NCBI GenBank assembly: GCA_977862235.1
Contig: OZ374562.1
Location: forward strand, 1,674,001-1,738,000
DNA from: Dudresnaya verticillata
Lineage: Eukaryota
DNA: 64,000 bases
Reading direction: 5' to 3'
Every line of letters starts with the position of its first letter. The first letter of the stretch is position 1. The notes under the pieces are model-generated. The model was not told the origin of the DNA. It worked only from the letters and a program-made list of their open reading frames with translations, and did no database searches. Position numbers and translations under genes: made by a program. Of the stretch, positions 35,158 through 46,559 are shown one piece after another.

Positions 35158-36876
35158 TTGCCAGTACTCGAAGTGATTCAGCAAAAATACTGCGTAGATC
35201 TACAAGCTTTCATGAACCAGAATCGTGACAAGTTGCGAAATGGAACACTGCAGGCCTGCAGGCCTGCAGGCCTGTTCCGCACGGTTGCACAATTGCCGAT
35301 ATTGACCCGCACTTCGCATTTGGGCATTGTTCTGTCACAGTTTCCTGAGCAGGCCTGCTCATCGCGTACGCAGACGTATGATTTTGCATGCATCAGCAAA
35401 CATCCGCAGATCACACTTTGCAACATGAGGAGGTGCAGGGAGCGCAACACTCTGCCGCTTGCCAATGAATGGGTACAGGTGGCATGGGAGATGGACAATG
35501 GTAACGAAGTGTGGTGGGATGCTGAGGTATTGGACATTGTTGAAATTGACGACGGTGACTTAATCGCTGTCGCGACTATAGAGTATGTTTCCAATACTCA
35601 GTACGACTATACGGCAACTGTTGAAAAGGTTGAATTTCTTGCAGGTAGACATCTTCGTGTCTGGGAACAAGATCGCTCGGACAATGACAATCCTCTACTG
35701 AGTTGAGAACGCGGGCAGGCCCGCCTATCGAAAATGTTTCGAGACAACAGCAGCGCCGGCAGGGAAGCCAAGATCTCGAATACCGCAATAGTGGAGAGCA
35801 AGATGTGGAAGTTGTGGACAGTTCTGCTTTGAATCGTGAGTTCAGCTTTCTACGACAACGATATTCTGCTATGGCCTCATAGATAGAGACGATGAAGGCT
35901 CGAGTGCAAAGAAACACTGCACGGATAGATCTAAGCTTGAATCCAGGCCTGGATCAGAGCTGTGAAAGAGTTCTCGGATTCCTTCGCAATCGCCTGGCAA
36001 GTTGCATGTAGAAGTCCCCAGCCCGCCGGAAGGGAAAGAAGGCTGCGAGTAGTAGAACGACAAGAAGGAGTGCATCTTCGAATGTGCTGGAAGACCAAAC
36101 ACCGCAGACACCAATCCAGCCACGAGTGTCAGCCGATAAGAGCGCGTGTACCCCGGCCGGGGCAGTACCGGGATTGCTTGAAACTCCCCAGAGTCTGCTA
36201 ATCACGCCGACGGCACGGGCCAGGAGAACACCGGCGCGGCTCAACAGAGAAGCTGTTGATGATCATCACATGGACGACGGAGAACTGCTCAATGACACAG
36301 CGCAATTCTGTGTGAAGGTGTCTGCAGACTGCGATGTGGCGCAGTTTTATTCTAGCTAGGACATGGCGGGAAACGAGAGACGACGCGGCCGCGTCGTCCA
36401 TGGAGATGACTGGGGAAGAGGATAATACAATCTCCTTCTTCCCATCTTTCGAGAGCACACAGTGTCCATCATTGTCGACTGACGTTTTGTTCATCTGTTT
36501 CAAATCTTTTGGAACTCTATGCAGATGCCTTGGTATAACTGCACTCGCCGACCGGCTCGAAATGTTAACGAAGGAAGTTTCTTCTACAAACGGAAGGGTA
36601 ATTCGAATTCTAGGCACGTATGAGTACACGAAGGACAACACAGCATATCCCTGCGCCCTTTTCGTAGGGAAAAGCTGCGGCCGCAGCATGACACGACCTA
36701 CAGACAGCACGAAAGATGCTTCCACAGTCCTGATGCGGGAATATAGGCAATGGTGTTCCACAGATCGCAGGTTTGTGCATCCTCTTCGCGTTTCGAAGCG
36801 AGTCGCTTCCAGAGTCGAAGATCCGACTAAACGGCAAGGTTCAAGTGTGCGACAGAATCCCCGAGTGTTTTCGTAG
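35158..36876 (+). pseudogene. CACTA cargo gene with Tudor-like aromatic motif, fragmented
   Basis: WVQVAW...VWWDAEVLDI...ATIEY in 35158-35706, followed by same-strand ORFs to 36876. Confidence 0.5.
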
Positions 36877-37588
36877 CGTGGCGTTGAGCACAGGCTGTTC
36901 GTCCTCGCGTATGGTCGGCCGACCTTGCAAAAGGCTCGCAAGGCGCTGGGGTTCTCGAGGTATCTGTACCTTGCTTTCAGTGGGAAGGAGACGTACTTTG
37001 CAAAGAGTTCAAGGCGCTTCTGAGCGAGGAAGTTAAGAACGGAGCTATTATGTAGTGTAGATGTAGGACTACCAACATGCGGCAGGCAGGCCTGCCTGGG
37101 GCGGCGCATGTGACGCAGCAGTTTCCATGAATTAAAGTGAGAAAATCCATGCGGCCGCATGCATAGCGATAGTAGTCTCGGAAATGGAACCGCGGCATTA
37201 CCACCGTAATGCTGTGACGCATTACTTTTGCGGTTTCAGAAACATAGCAGTGCGTGAATAGATTTGCGATTTGCCACATTACACAGGCCGGAACTGTTGC
37301 ATTACCGAAACGGAATACCGTATGACTATTGATGCTGCAGGGGCCTCAAGCGCCATCAAAAAAAGCAGAAATGTGATTCACGAATCATTCCGCTGGATTC
37401 GTGCGCCATGGGAAATCAATGCGCTGAACCTTTATTTGAAATGCTGATATTCATTACTCGCCCGGGCCAAACGTGAAGCATAAAAAAGCATGAATATCCG
37501 CATGGAAAAAAGGATTTTTCCGAAATCGCCTTCGTAGTGAGGAGACGAGCGGTGCATTGCCCCGCCTGTACATGAGGAAGCCGTTCTG

Positions 37589-38401
37589 ATGGAAGGTATT
37601 GTGAATATAAGGATCGCCCCGCTCAGACAGGGCTATTTCGGAGATGATCACAATCAGCCGTATAGCCACGGGCCTTTCCCGGACCTTATCAGGCAGAACA
37701 ACGGCGGGTATAAGGACGATCGCGGCGGCTACAACGACGACAACCGAGGTGGCCACAATGACAACCGTGGGGGCCACAACGACTACCGTGGCAGTCACAA
37801 CGATAACCACGGCGCATACAACAACCGCAGCGGTTACAACAACCGCGGTGGCTACAGCATCCGCGGTGGCTACAGCAACCGCGGTGGCTACAGTAACCGC
37901 GGTGGCTACATCAACCGCGGTGGCTATGATGACAATCGTGGTGGCTACAATAACCGCGATAGCTATGATGACTATCGCGGTGGCTACAACAACCGCGGAG
38001 GGTACAACAACAACCGCGGGTTTAGGAACCGCGACGGGTACAACAACAACCGCGAGGGCTACGACAACCGCGGGTACAAAGATAACCGCGACGGCTACGA
38101 CAACCGCGGGTACAACAACAATCGAGACGGATACAACAATCGGGGTGGCTACAATGACAACCGCGGAGGGTATCGCGAAAATGGTTTCAACGACAACAGC
38201 GGTGGAGGGTACAACAATCGTGGCGGGAACGACAACCGCGGATGCGGCAATGGAGGTGGCAACGGCGGTGACAACGGTGGAGGCACATATGGCTGTGGAA
38301 GCGACGATCGCGCCGCCGCGCGCGGCAGTGTCAATGGCGGTGGCAACAACGGCGGTGGCATCGGCGGCAGGAATGGTGGTGGGAGAAACAACGGCGGTTA
38401 G
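37589..38401 (+). CDS. NRGGY/RGG-repeat segment (3' part of the MULE cargo gene)
   Basis: Numerous (D/N)NRGGY repeats encoded by degenerate 18-21-nt units. Confidence 0.6.
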   Translation: MEGIVNIRIAPLRQGYFGDDHNQPYSHGPFPDLIRQNNGGYKDDRGGYNDDNRGGHNDNRGGHNDYRGSHNDNHGAYNNRSGYNNRGGYSIRGGYSNRGGYSNRGGYINRGGYDDNRGGYNNRDSYDDYRGGYNNRGGYNNNRGFRNRDGYNNNREGYDNRGYKDNRDGYDNRGYNNNRDGYNNRGGYNDNRGGYRENGFNDNSGGGYNNRGGNDNRGCGNGGGNGGDNGGGTYGCGSDDRAAARGSVNGGGNNGGGIGGRNGGGRNNGG

Positions 38402-38552
38402 GGCGAAAACGGTGATTCAAACTACGCCCAAGCCCCGGATCGCTTCAATGATGCCGTTATGAGACCAGCCACAGTTACAGGTGCGCATGGGACAAGGGGT
38501 GTACAGGGCTCGGTCTCACCTACAGAAGCTGGCCCTGCAGTAGCCTCCCGCC

Positions 38553-39125
38553 TTGTCCCGAGCACGGCGGCGAATTTGGGACGTAACCAGCCAAGGCGCT
38601 TCAACGATGCCTCTCGTCCCCCCACAGCCCGAGGTTGCGGCCAAGCCCACCTCCACGGTAATTAGAAGCGTTCTAGCAGACAATCCTGGTGAAGCGGGCT
38701 CCTGTGAAGCGCTGAAAGGCGATGCTGTTGCTGCTGGCAAACCCAGCTCAACAGGGGGTCAGGATGTCGAGAATCAAACCGACAAGCCATCAGGGCCGCC
38801 GGATGCAGCCCCAACACCGTCCTCTGCTGCTGAAAAGGACACGGCTGCGGATGAACCCACCGTGGATGCTTCAAGCGTGAGGTCTATTTCAAAAGATGCA
38901 AACGTCGCCGAGGTTGACGCCATTGAGGTACCGCGTGCAACAAAGCCCACTGCGAAGGCTGCCGAGAAACAGGCTGCACTTACAGCTTCCGGTAATGATG
39001 TCATAATGCGGAATGCTGCGGACGCGGAAGATGCGCAGGATTCCGAGGGCTCGCGCGTCCGGTCTACTTCGCGAGATGCTCCTTCGCAGGATTGCCGTAA
39101 CACGAGGAGCAAGAGTAGGAAGTAG
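38553..39125 (+). pseudogene. A/P/S/E-rich disordered ORF, likely the end of the MULE cargo gene
   Basis: 190-aa low-complexity ORF directly downstream on the same strand. Confidence 0.35.
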
Positions 39126-39300
39126 CGTTTACTGTTCCGGTTTACTAAACTGCTGGGAGGATCCTGAGCCGCGGCATTGCCTGCGACTTGGTCCCCATCC
39201 TTCAGCTGCGGAACGGATTCTCTTCTGCCCAAGACCTCTCCTGCCTGCTACCCTCGCCGGGTTGCTGATAGGTATTTGTAGCTCTCCTGGTCGCTGGACA

Positions 39301-42300
39301 TTAACTTCTCTCATCATAACGGGCTGGAATCCCAGGGCGGTGGTTCTGATTGTATCGCCTACAAACAGATTGGCGTGGCCTGCTTTGTGAGCCCCGAGAT
39401 TTCCGACTTGTGCCTGCCGCCGCGGGAGCACGGCCTTGTACAGTATTTTGTAGAGGGTTCATCGAAGGAGCAACTGTCTGACCGCCTACGTCTAACGAAA
39501 AGGGTGAATGTCCCCCACGGAGCATGGTGAGACCTTGGCGGTGATATAACATCAACTCACGAACTCGACGTTCCCCTGCGTTTGAAGCAACCCTGTGCAT
39601 CTCTGTGGTCAGACTTGTTGCTCCAGCCCATGACACATATCGGCTGGTTTCAACTCGAACTTCTCTTTCGCGTCTGGCTTCCTCATCTTCCGCGTCATCC
39701 GCGCTCTCGCCAACAACCTCTCGGGAAACAACGGCCGTTCCGTCTTGCCGGGTAACGACGTCCTCCTGGACGGCAATCAGCACTGCACCAACATCGTTGT
39801 CCAAGCCATTTTCCCTCGCCCACCTCTGATATAGGTCGTTTCGCTCGCGTTGAATATCCTCCTGGTTGCGCTTGCTTGCATCGAGCTCCCAGTAATTATG
39901 GAAGAGGTTATCTAATGGAATCACGCCTCCTATCGTCCGGATCACAGTCGGACGCAAAACCCACACTTCATCATATACAACCGCGACGCGCACTATATCA
40001 GCGCAAGGGAACCCTGCACTGCTTGATAACCTGCAGCTGCACGTATACCTCAATCCAAAATCTTCGACATGCACAACCACTACCTCATAGGTTATGTTGA
40101 ATGAAACAAGTGGATTGTCTTCTTCAGTAGTTGCCAGCGCTGCAGCCAACTCTGCTACATCGTCAAGCACGGGCTGATCTTCCTGCCACACCTGCACGTG
40201 GGGATCTGATTCATGAGCCGCCGCCGCGGAGGTGGTTTGACCGCCGCCATTTCGTCCCGCTCCAGACTGCCGAGAATCGAATCTGTTACTGATATTGATG
40301 AGAGATGAGAAGAAGATCATTCCAGTTGTTTGACCCTCCCCTTCTCCCGTCCCCTGCACCGTACCCACATTCGGAACTGTAGGTCCAGATGGCAACCCCT
40401 CTTCAACCGGGGTTATCTCATCTATTTGGGTCTGAGTGTTTTCATCCCCAGCAGCTGCACCTGCCTCCGTGTGCTGTACAGGCAGGGTGTTTCCTGCTGA
40501 CCCTGCCTGTTCAGTTCTATTCCAACCGACGCGGAAAACGACGACTTCATGCGTACCGGCTGGAGAATCAGACCGGCTTCGAGGATTCAGACTCAAAGAA
40601 GTAATATCACGGGTTTCTAATCCACACTCCAAAACAGTGAACTCAGTCGACTTCAACACACTGCGTTTGTAGAACATACCAAGTGAGTACTTCGTATACC
40701 GGCTGCAAAGCCTTTGAGCCCTTTCCGCACTCATGCCGCACGATGTAGAGAACTTTGAGCAATAAGAAGCCGAACGCGACTTGAGCTTATCAGCAATTCT
40801 GGCTGCCCTTCTCCTCGCCGTGACCCTCGCCATAATCTCCGGAACGATTTCCATTGCGACCTTTTCCCTGCTACAACCCCGCGGTACTCAGAGTTGGAAG
40901 CTTCTGTGTACTCGCTGCCTTGGAAAAGGAACCGAGGCTCGCAAGCTCTCTTATTGAAGCAGTCAATGAGCGCTCTTGACTCATTGTAGTACAGGTAGTT
41001 AAACCATCTAGGAGGTGGCATCCCATATCGTACGAAATACGTATTGTCAAAAGCTGTCCGTCTTTCCACAAATCGTTGAACCGTCGAAGACTTCCTCAAG
41101 AGAAACAATTCCGCCGCCATTTCATTGTACAAATGCGGACTTCGAATGCCTTGTAGATGAGATATGGCGTTTCTCTTCTGGTTCTGGTTTAGGTGCCACT
41201 CGTCCAATGTGACATACGTTCTTCGCAGGACGGAACGACAAGCGGACATACATTCGGTGCTCTGATCCATCGCGATCATGGCGGGCAAGACATCATAGCA
41301 CTCTTTGAACTTTCGAAAGAACCACTGGAAGGACTCCATAGTTTCATCGCTTAGGAAACCCATTATGGCAGTAAATACTCTCCCAAGTTTGTACGACTAT
41401 AAACAGTGATCGGATTCATCATATACTCGTTCCCCTTCGCTTTGCAGTCCACACAAACACCGGGAAGTACCCGGAACCTGTAGTAGTCAGCTCTCCATTC
41501 AGACGAGCACCACAAAATCGAATGTAGAGCACCATCTTCCTCCCCTTGCACGAGTTGGCAGAAGCTACCTGCATCCTCATTGCGCAGATTCATGAGATTG
41601 TGAACTAAACGCTGTGCGGCGAGGTCTTTCGGTTTGTTCAGTGATTTATGTATCGTCGGCTGCCGTTGCAGAGTGCGGTTGTCACATAAGAATCCGTACT
41701 TGCGCTCCAGGAAGCGTACAACGTCCGCGAAAGCAAGAAAGCACTTGTTGTGCATATCTTCTGCCTCCTCAAATATATGCGGTAGCAATCTAGAACGCAG
41801 TTTACGAGTCTCGGGAGCGTGGTTGTGCTTCTCGTAGAAATAAATGTAGTACGTTCGGACTTTCGATGTTAAACCGTTCTCTTGCCCATCGTCAATACTA
41901 TGCGCTACCGATGCGCTTGTGACCTTCATTCAAAAAGCGCACCCGTCTCTCACGCATTAAAATGTTGAGTGCTTTAATATTCCCCGTCTCCCATCCCTAT
42001 CCTTCTCGTATTCAGACCTCAGCACTACTGCATCGAGACCAAAACTCTCGCATATCACGATGATTCCCTGCTTCACATCGCGTCCAGCGCATTGAGCATC
42101 GATATTTTCCACGAAAGACTGCAGAGTCATCTTGAGATCTGCCGTCGGCGATTCTACGACTGTAACCTCAATTGGTGCAGTTCCTTGGACTTCAGTTCTC
42201 TTGCGCCGAATAGGACTGGATACAGCAGCTACCCGCTCAGTATCGCTGTCACTCCTACTGTAGAGGTCTATCACTTCCTCATTCTCAGCGTCCGACATCG

Positions 42301-42469
42301 CAGGCAATGCTTCAGTAGTGCCTCTCCGACTCGCAACTCCGCCTTCGATTGCGATTTCACTCCCCGTGCCGGTCCACGTGGTTGAGCGGTCTTGACACCC
42401 ACCACTGGATGATGAGACGCCTGGACGATGAGCACGAATTGGCCTCAACGGGATACTGATCGGCCGCAA
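39301..42469 (-). pseudogene. MULE transposase with WRKY/GCM1-like Zn domain and SWIM finger, disrupted
   Basis: C(VRDG)C...EKHNH; VCVDCK, FLSDETMESFQWFF, IAMDQS, LDEWHL, YTEASNS; YTCSC...GFPCAD SWIM-like; stops and frameshifts between pieces. Confidence 0.9.
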
Positions 42470-42594
42470 TGCATCACGAACGGGTACAGGATCGGCCTGG
42501 GAGCTTCCTCCATCCGGGGGAGAATTCTTGCGAAGTGCTTATCTCTGTAGTACCCCCTGAGCTTTAGTGAGAAGTTGTACCTCGGATGCTTCCG

Positions 42595-43275
42595 TTACGC
42601 TGGGTGATTGTGGGATACATGAATATCCTCTGAAGCAGCCCACATATCCCAATCATTTTCATCAACTCGGCGATGACAAACGAATGACACTTTGCACGGC
42701 TCCCTGTCGGCGAGAGGGGTTCCCTGTCTCAAGCAACGGAAACGAACCTTCCAGTCGTGTTTTTCTCCATTGCCAGTCCTTCGCACGTAGTTCTTCGTGA
42801 AGAAGAATCCAGAATGCGTTAATGACGCTGCATATTCCGTGGTGTTAGCTGTAGTACAGAGGAAGAACCTCTCGGCTTTCGAACCGCCAGCTCCGAGAGG
42901 CGGAAGAACCGGAATGTTGATCAACATCTCGGGATGTTCAGAGGATGGTACTTTCGAGCGCGGGATTTCCGCAACGCTGCTACCACCGCTCAAAGACGAC
43001 GACGTGTTTGATGAGCTAGAACTCGCAGTCGCAGCAGCAGTCGTGGTAGGCTTGCGGGGATGAACTAATTCCATGAAGTCGCAATCGTCATCAGAGATGC
43101 CAAAAAGATTAGGTAGCGCAATCGGAGTAGGATGCACAACATTTCTGGACAGAGGAGGTGCCGCGTTTCGAAGGACGGGCTGCTGCACCGCAATCCAGGC
43201 CGCAATCCAGGCCGCTCGCAGGGCCTTTTGGACGGGCAGGGTAGGTATCACCACCCTTCCCATGGCGTTTCGCAT
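42595..43275 (-). CDS. FAR1/WRKY-like Zn DNA-binding domain ORF
   Basis: VRFRCLRQG...PCKVSF...W...SHNHP. Confidence 0.6.
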   Translation of the reverse strand: MRNAMGRVVIPTLPVQKALRAAWIAAWIAVQQPVLRNAAPPLSRNVVHPTPIALPNLFGISDDDCDFMELVHPRKPTTTAAATASSSSSNTSSSLSGGSSVAEIPRSKVPSSEHPEMLINIPVLPPLGAGGSKAERFFLCTTANTTEYAASLTHSGFFFTKNYVRRTGNGEKHDWKVRFRCLRQGTPLADREPCKVSFVCHRRVDENDWDMWAASEDIHVSHNHPA

Positions 43276-43387
43276 TCTCTTCTGCGGTAGACCGTGTGGC
43301 CACAGAGCGCAATCCCGTTGTTGGATGGCTGGGGGTCAGATTAGGTAGAGAGAGTATTTGGCTCAACGGAGGCAGCTCACGAACTTC

Positions 43388-44388
43388 CTAGCTCCGCTGT
43401 GCAGACGATTGCAGAGGTGCCAATTCCAGTGCACTATTGCGATCAGAACTGGCTGAATCAACTCGAACCGGCTCCCGCGAGAGCGGCTGGGTTCTGTTCG
43501 GGTATTTCCATATTAGTCTCCGAAGGCCGTACAGTTTCCGCTCGTAGCTTTTTCGAATGGCATCGTGGTTACGGCCTATCTCCGACATTAACCGTAGGGT
43601 ATGCTTGCATATTACACGGATGCACGCATCTCTAATCGTATTGCACGCCCCGGGCGAGTAATGCGGTCTGTATGGGCGTTTAGGAACCCGTTCGAACTCG
43701 CCACGTTTGCCAGCAGAGTAAAATGGCAATACCGAAGCAATGACATAAAACCCACAGCTATATCCGTCCCTCTGCCTTGCAAAGCGCATACCGTTCTTCT
43801 GAAGCATCCAAATCTCTTCACAGCAGGTCCAACGCACGTTTTCTAATGCCGCTTGCAGGCACTTGCGAGTAAAACACAGCAGCTGGTTTTCCTCTTCTCG
43901 CCGAGTGGAAGCACCTAAGCTATCAGCCCAGTGTATTGTACCCTTTCCCAAAGCGAAATGACCGGTTGCAGACACGGGACAGCTCTCGAAAACCATCTGA
44001 ATGAGCACAAACGTTTACACAATGGTAGGATAACTTTGCTCGGCGATTCACCACCGTAGAGGACGAGATCACTGAGGTATTGTATCATCCACGACGAAAC
44101 TGGCTCGTTATCTCCAAATTTCTTGGACTGCATTGCTGAATGTCGCAATTGCTCAGAGCATTCATATGTCCCAACTGCGACTGTCCTGTGTAGATCGATA
44201 TCAGACAGCGCGTATTCGAGCATTAAACTGGGCAACATATCGGAAGACCCTACAAAATGAATCCATAGGGTATTGTGGGGGCCTCGTGCTTCTATGCGAG
44301 TCAAAAGACTGAAATGCAGGCCGACACGGGCTTTTTGCTTATCGTTAGAAAAGCAGCCGGCGGAAAGCAGGCGGGAAACGAATGCCAT
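43388..44388 (-). pseudogene. Ulp1-like (C48) cysteine protease, frameshifted
   Basis: GHFALG...WADSL...RQRDGYSCGFYV gives the His/Asp/Gln/Cys catalytic layout. Confidence 0.8.
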
Positions 44389-44742
44389 GCGCTCGTCATG
44401 TGGGGAGCGCCATTCCGCCAGTGTTGATATTGTAGGGAGGAACGCAGGACACAGGAAGAGTCGAGCCCGTTAGGAGGCAGACCGGTAAGCGCTCTAGAGA
44501 TGGACGCAATGCACGCGGAAGAGAGAGGCAATCGTGATGGCTGCGGGCGGGGACGGATGGCGGGCGATAGCGGCGACGGCGGCGATGGCGGCGATGGCGG
44601 TGATGGCGCCGAGGGGGTGGGCGGGTGTGGGTGGGATCCACAGCTGCGGCTGCACATGATCCGCGCGCTTTCCGGTCGTTGCGATTTGAAATTCGTCACT
44701 GTCACACAGACATCGGTCACGGAAAGGCCCCTAACCAGTCCC

Positions 44743-44928
44743 TGCGTGCCAAGTACTTGTTAGTTGAGCATAGAGTAAATGTATTGGCTAGAGCCCCACC
44801 AATCAGCAACTGAGTATATGCGACGTGGCCCTACTTTTTGGTTGAGTATAGACGGTGCATATTGGCTCCGACATGTTGATTGACACCCACCGCACCCTGG
44901 GTGCCACGGTAGACCGCCCTGCAAAGCC
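44743..44928 (-). repeat. MULE right TIR
   Basis: Inverted match to 19288-19475. Confidence 0.88.
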
Positions 44929-45527
44929 ATAGTCTTCTTCGTCTCCGGCAATGAATTCTGTATTGGGACAATGAGCTATTGCTCCTGAGGAGCCGTATAT
45001 TGTGGTATTGATGACCCATCTCCTCCACACGACACGTTAGTATTTTTGTTCCGAATTCGACATTCTAGTTATCATCACAGGTAAGGTAATGCCAGCCTCG
45101 CCTATTGGCTCTTCCTCTGATCCCCCGGCCAATCAGGTTCGACGTTGGCGTAAGCGGTAGACCAGAAAAGACCATGTTGGGCACAATGTCCTCCTCTTAA
45201 TTTATGTCGAAGGAGTGTGCGAGAAACAGGAGACAGATTGGAGTTTTTCAATTTACTCGCGCTCTCAGATCTGGGATAACGGGATCTTCAAAGGTTGACT
45301 TCTAAACAGAGATCTGACGGATCTCTGCCCAGCTAAACTCGAAGAGTGCTACATGCAAAGTTCCCCACTTGGCATGCAAACGAGTGGTGCACTTTTGCGT
45401 TGGCTCATTGCCTAATAGCTATTTCGTCTCTACAGGACCGGTTGCGCCCCAGGAATTGCAGAATCTTTCACAGCTGCGGACTAAGTTGCTGTAGCAAAAT
45501 TGTGGCAGGCCAGGAAGAGCAAAGTAC

Positions 45528-46301
45528 TGTAGTATAAACGTCAGGTCGATCCGACGTCTGATACTTGCTGGTCCGAAGCCACCACACAGACCCGTCGATG
45601 TGTACCTGTTGTGTTTGGTAGAGCGGTGCCGGCCGCGTGCACCCCGCAAGTGCGGATCGACGGCGTCGATGCCGGAACTCGCACGGGGCGTACCATACGC
45701 GGGTAGGCGAGGGCCGAATCCCAGCGTCCCGGTCGAAGGGCGGCACGAAGCCGACGGAAAGGAAAAGAAAAGGGGAAAAGCCTAGCGAGGCAAGGGGGAA
45801 AAGGGATACCGCCCGCTGTCGTAAGGAAAAGGGATCGTACCCAAAGAGGATGGGGGCAAGCTTCAGCGCGAGCTGTTGCTTCCCCGATTTACTGAGCCGT
45901 CGATGGCAGACGGCCTTAAATACCCTACGCTATGTACACTACGCCTATTCTACAGTAGGTGCGCCCCACAACACCAAAGCAGGAGGTGTGCGAGCGCGCG
46001 CCCATACACGTGTCGACACGTCCGGGTAGCGGCTACCCGTGGGCGTGCGCAGGGCGTAACGGGCAGCGGCCCTCTCAACGGCTCGATGCCGGAGAGCGTC
46101 ACTGGGGCGCACCGTGTGCGGCACGGGGCTCGGCCGCTGCCGGCAGCAATGCGGTCGACCGCTACTAAATCAACGAAAAAACTAAGGGCACGCTGCCCAG
46201 CCCCGAGTCGCCAGCGGGCGTTTTCGTGTACACCATTACAGTGTGGGGCTGCCAGCATACCTTACAGCCGCTGTCGATAGTGTGCTGACAGCTATACTAC
46301 A
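45528..46301. mobile_element. Second LTR copy, inverted relative to 27446-28219
   Basis: TGTAGTATA...TATACTACA, collinear similarity over its full length; flanks AGTAC/AGCCC differ. Confidence 0.85.
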
Positions 46302-46559
46302 AGCCCGGAGCATTCATCGGCAACAACTGGTACCGAATGCTCCCGGTATCTATTTTGACGTCAGTCGTGTTGCTACTGGTTGACTTGCGCCGTCGTCATG
46401 CCACACTTTTGATACTGCTACTGCGCTATCGTAAAAACGTCTCCAGGCGACGCAAACGGAGGAGATGCCGAGGAATGCAAAACGAAGCCGACTGGGATAT
46501 GGCGTCAGCTATACTGGCTTTAAATCACAGTACCGAACGGATAGACTGTTGAAACGTAA

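Larger units (their letters stand above)
22081..37539 (-). mobile_element. 15.5-kb CACTA/EnSpm-like element with multiple cargo ORFs
   Basis: Termini CACTACGAGAGCAATT... / ...AAATCGCCTTCGTAGTG, 2-bp TSD AG, GCAT-rich subterminal regions, CACTA-type transposase inside. Confidence 0.88.
19288..44928 (-). mobile_element. Giant Mutator-like element (MULE) with Ulp1-like protease and cargo, containing a nested CACTA
   Basis: ~187-bp imperfect TIRs starting GGCT(C/T)TGC; encloses MULE transposase, SWIM and Ulp1-like ORFs; no TSD found. Confidence 0.8.

Noticed and set aside
37700..38250. CRISPR-like array
   Set aside because: Tandem degenerate coding repeats with no unique spacers and no cas genes; eukaryotic context.
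37644..38462. Thr/Ala-rich mucin-like ORF and the antisense Val/Pro-rich ORFs
   Set aside because: Alternative frames of the NRGGY repeat.
27446..46301. The two 774-bp inverted copies as TIRs of one 19-kb element
   Set aside because: The first copy has its own TG..CA ends and 5-bp TSD, and the pair would cross the CACTA and MULE boundaries.
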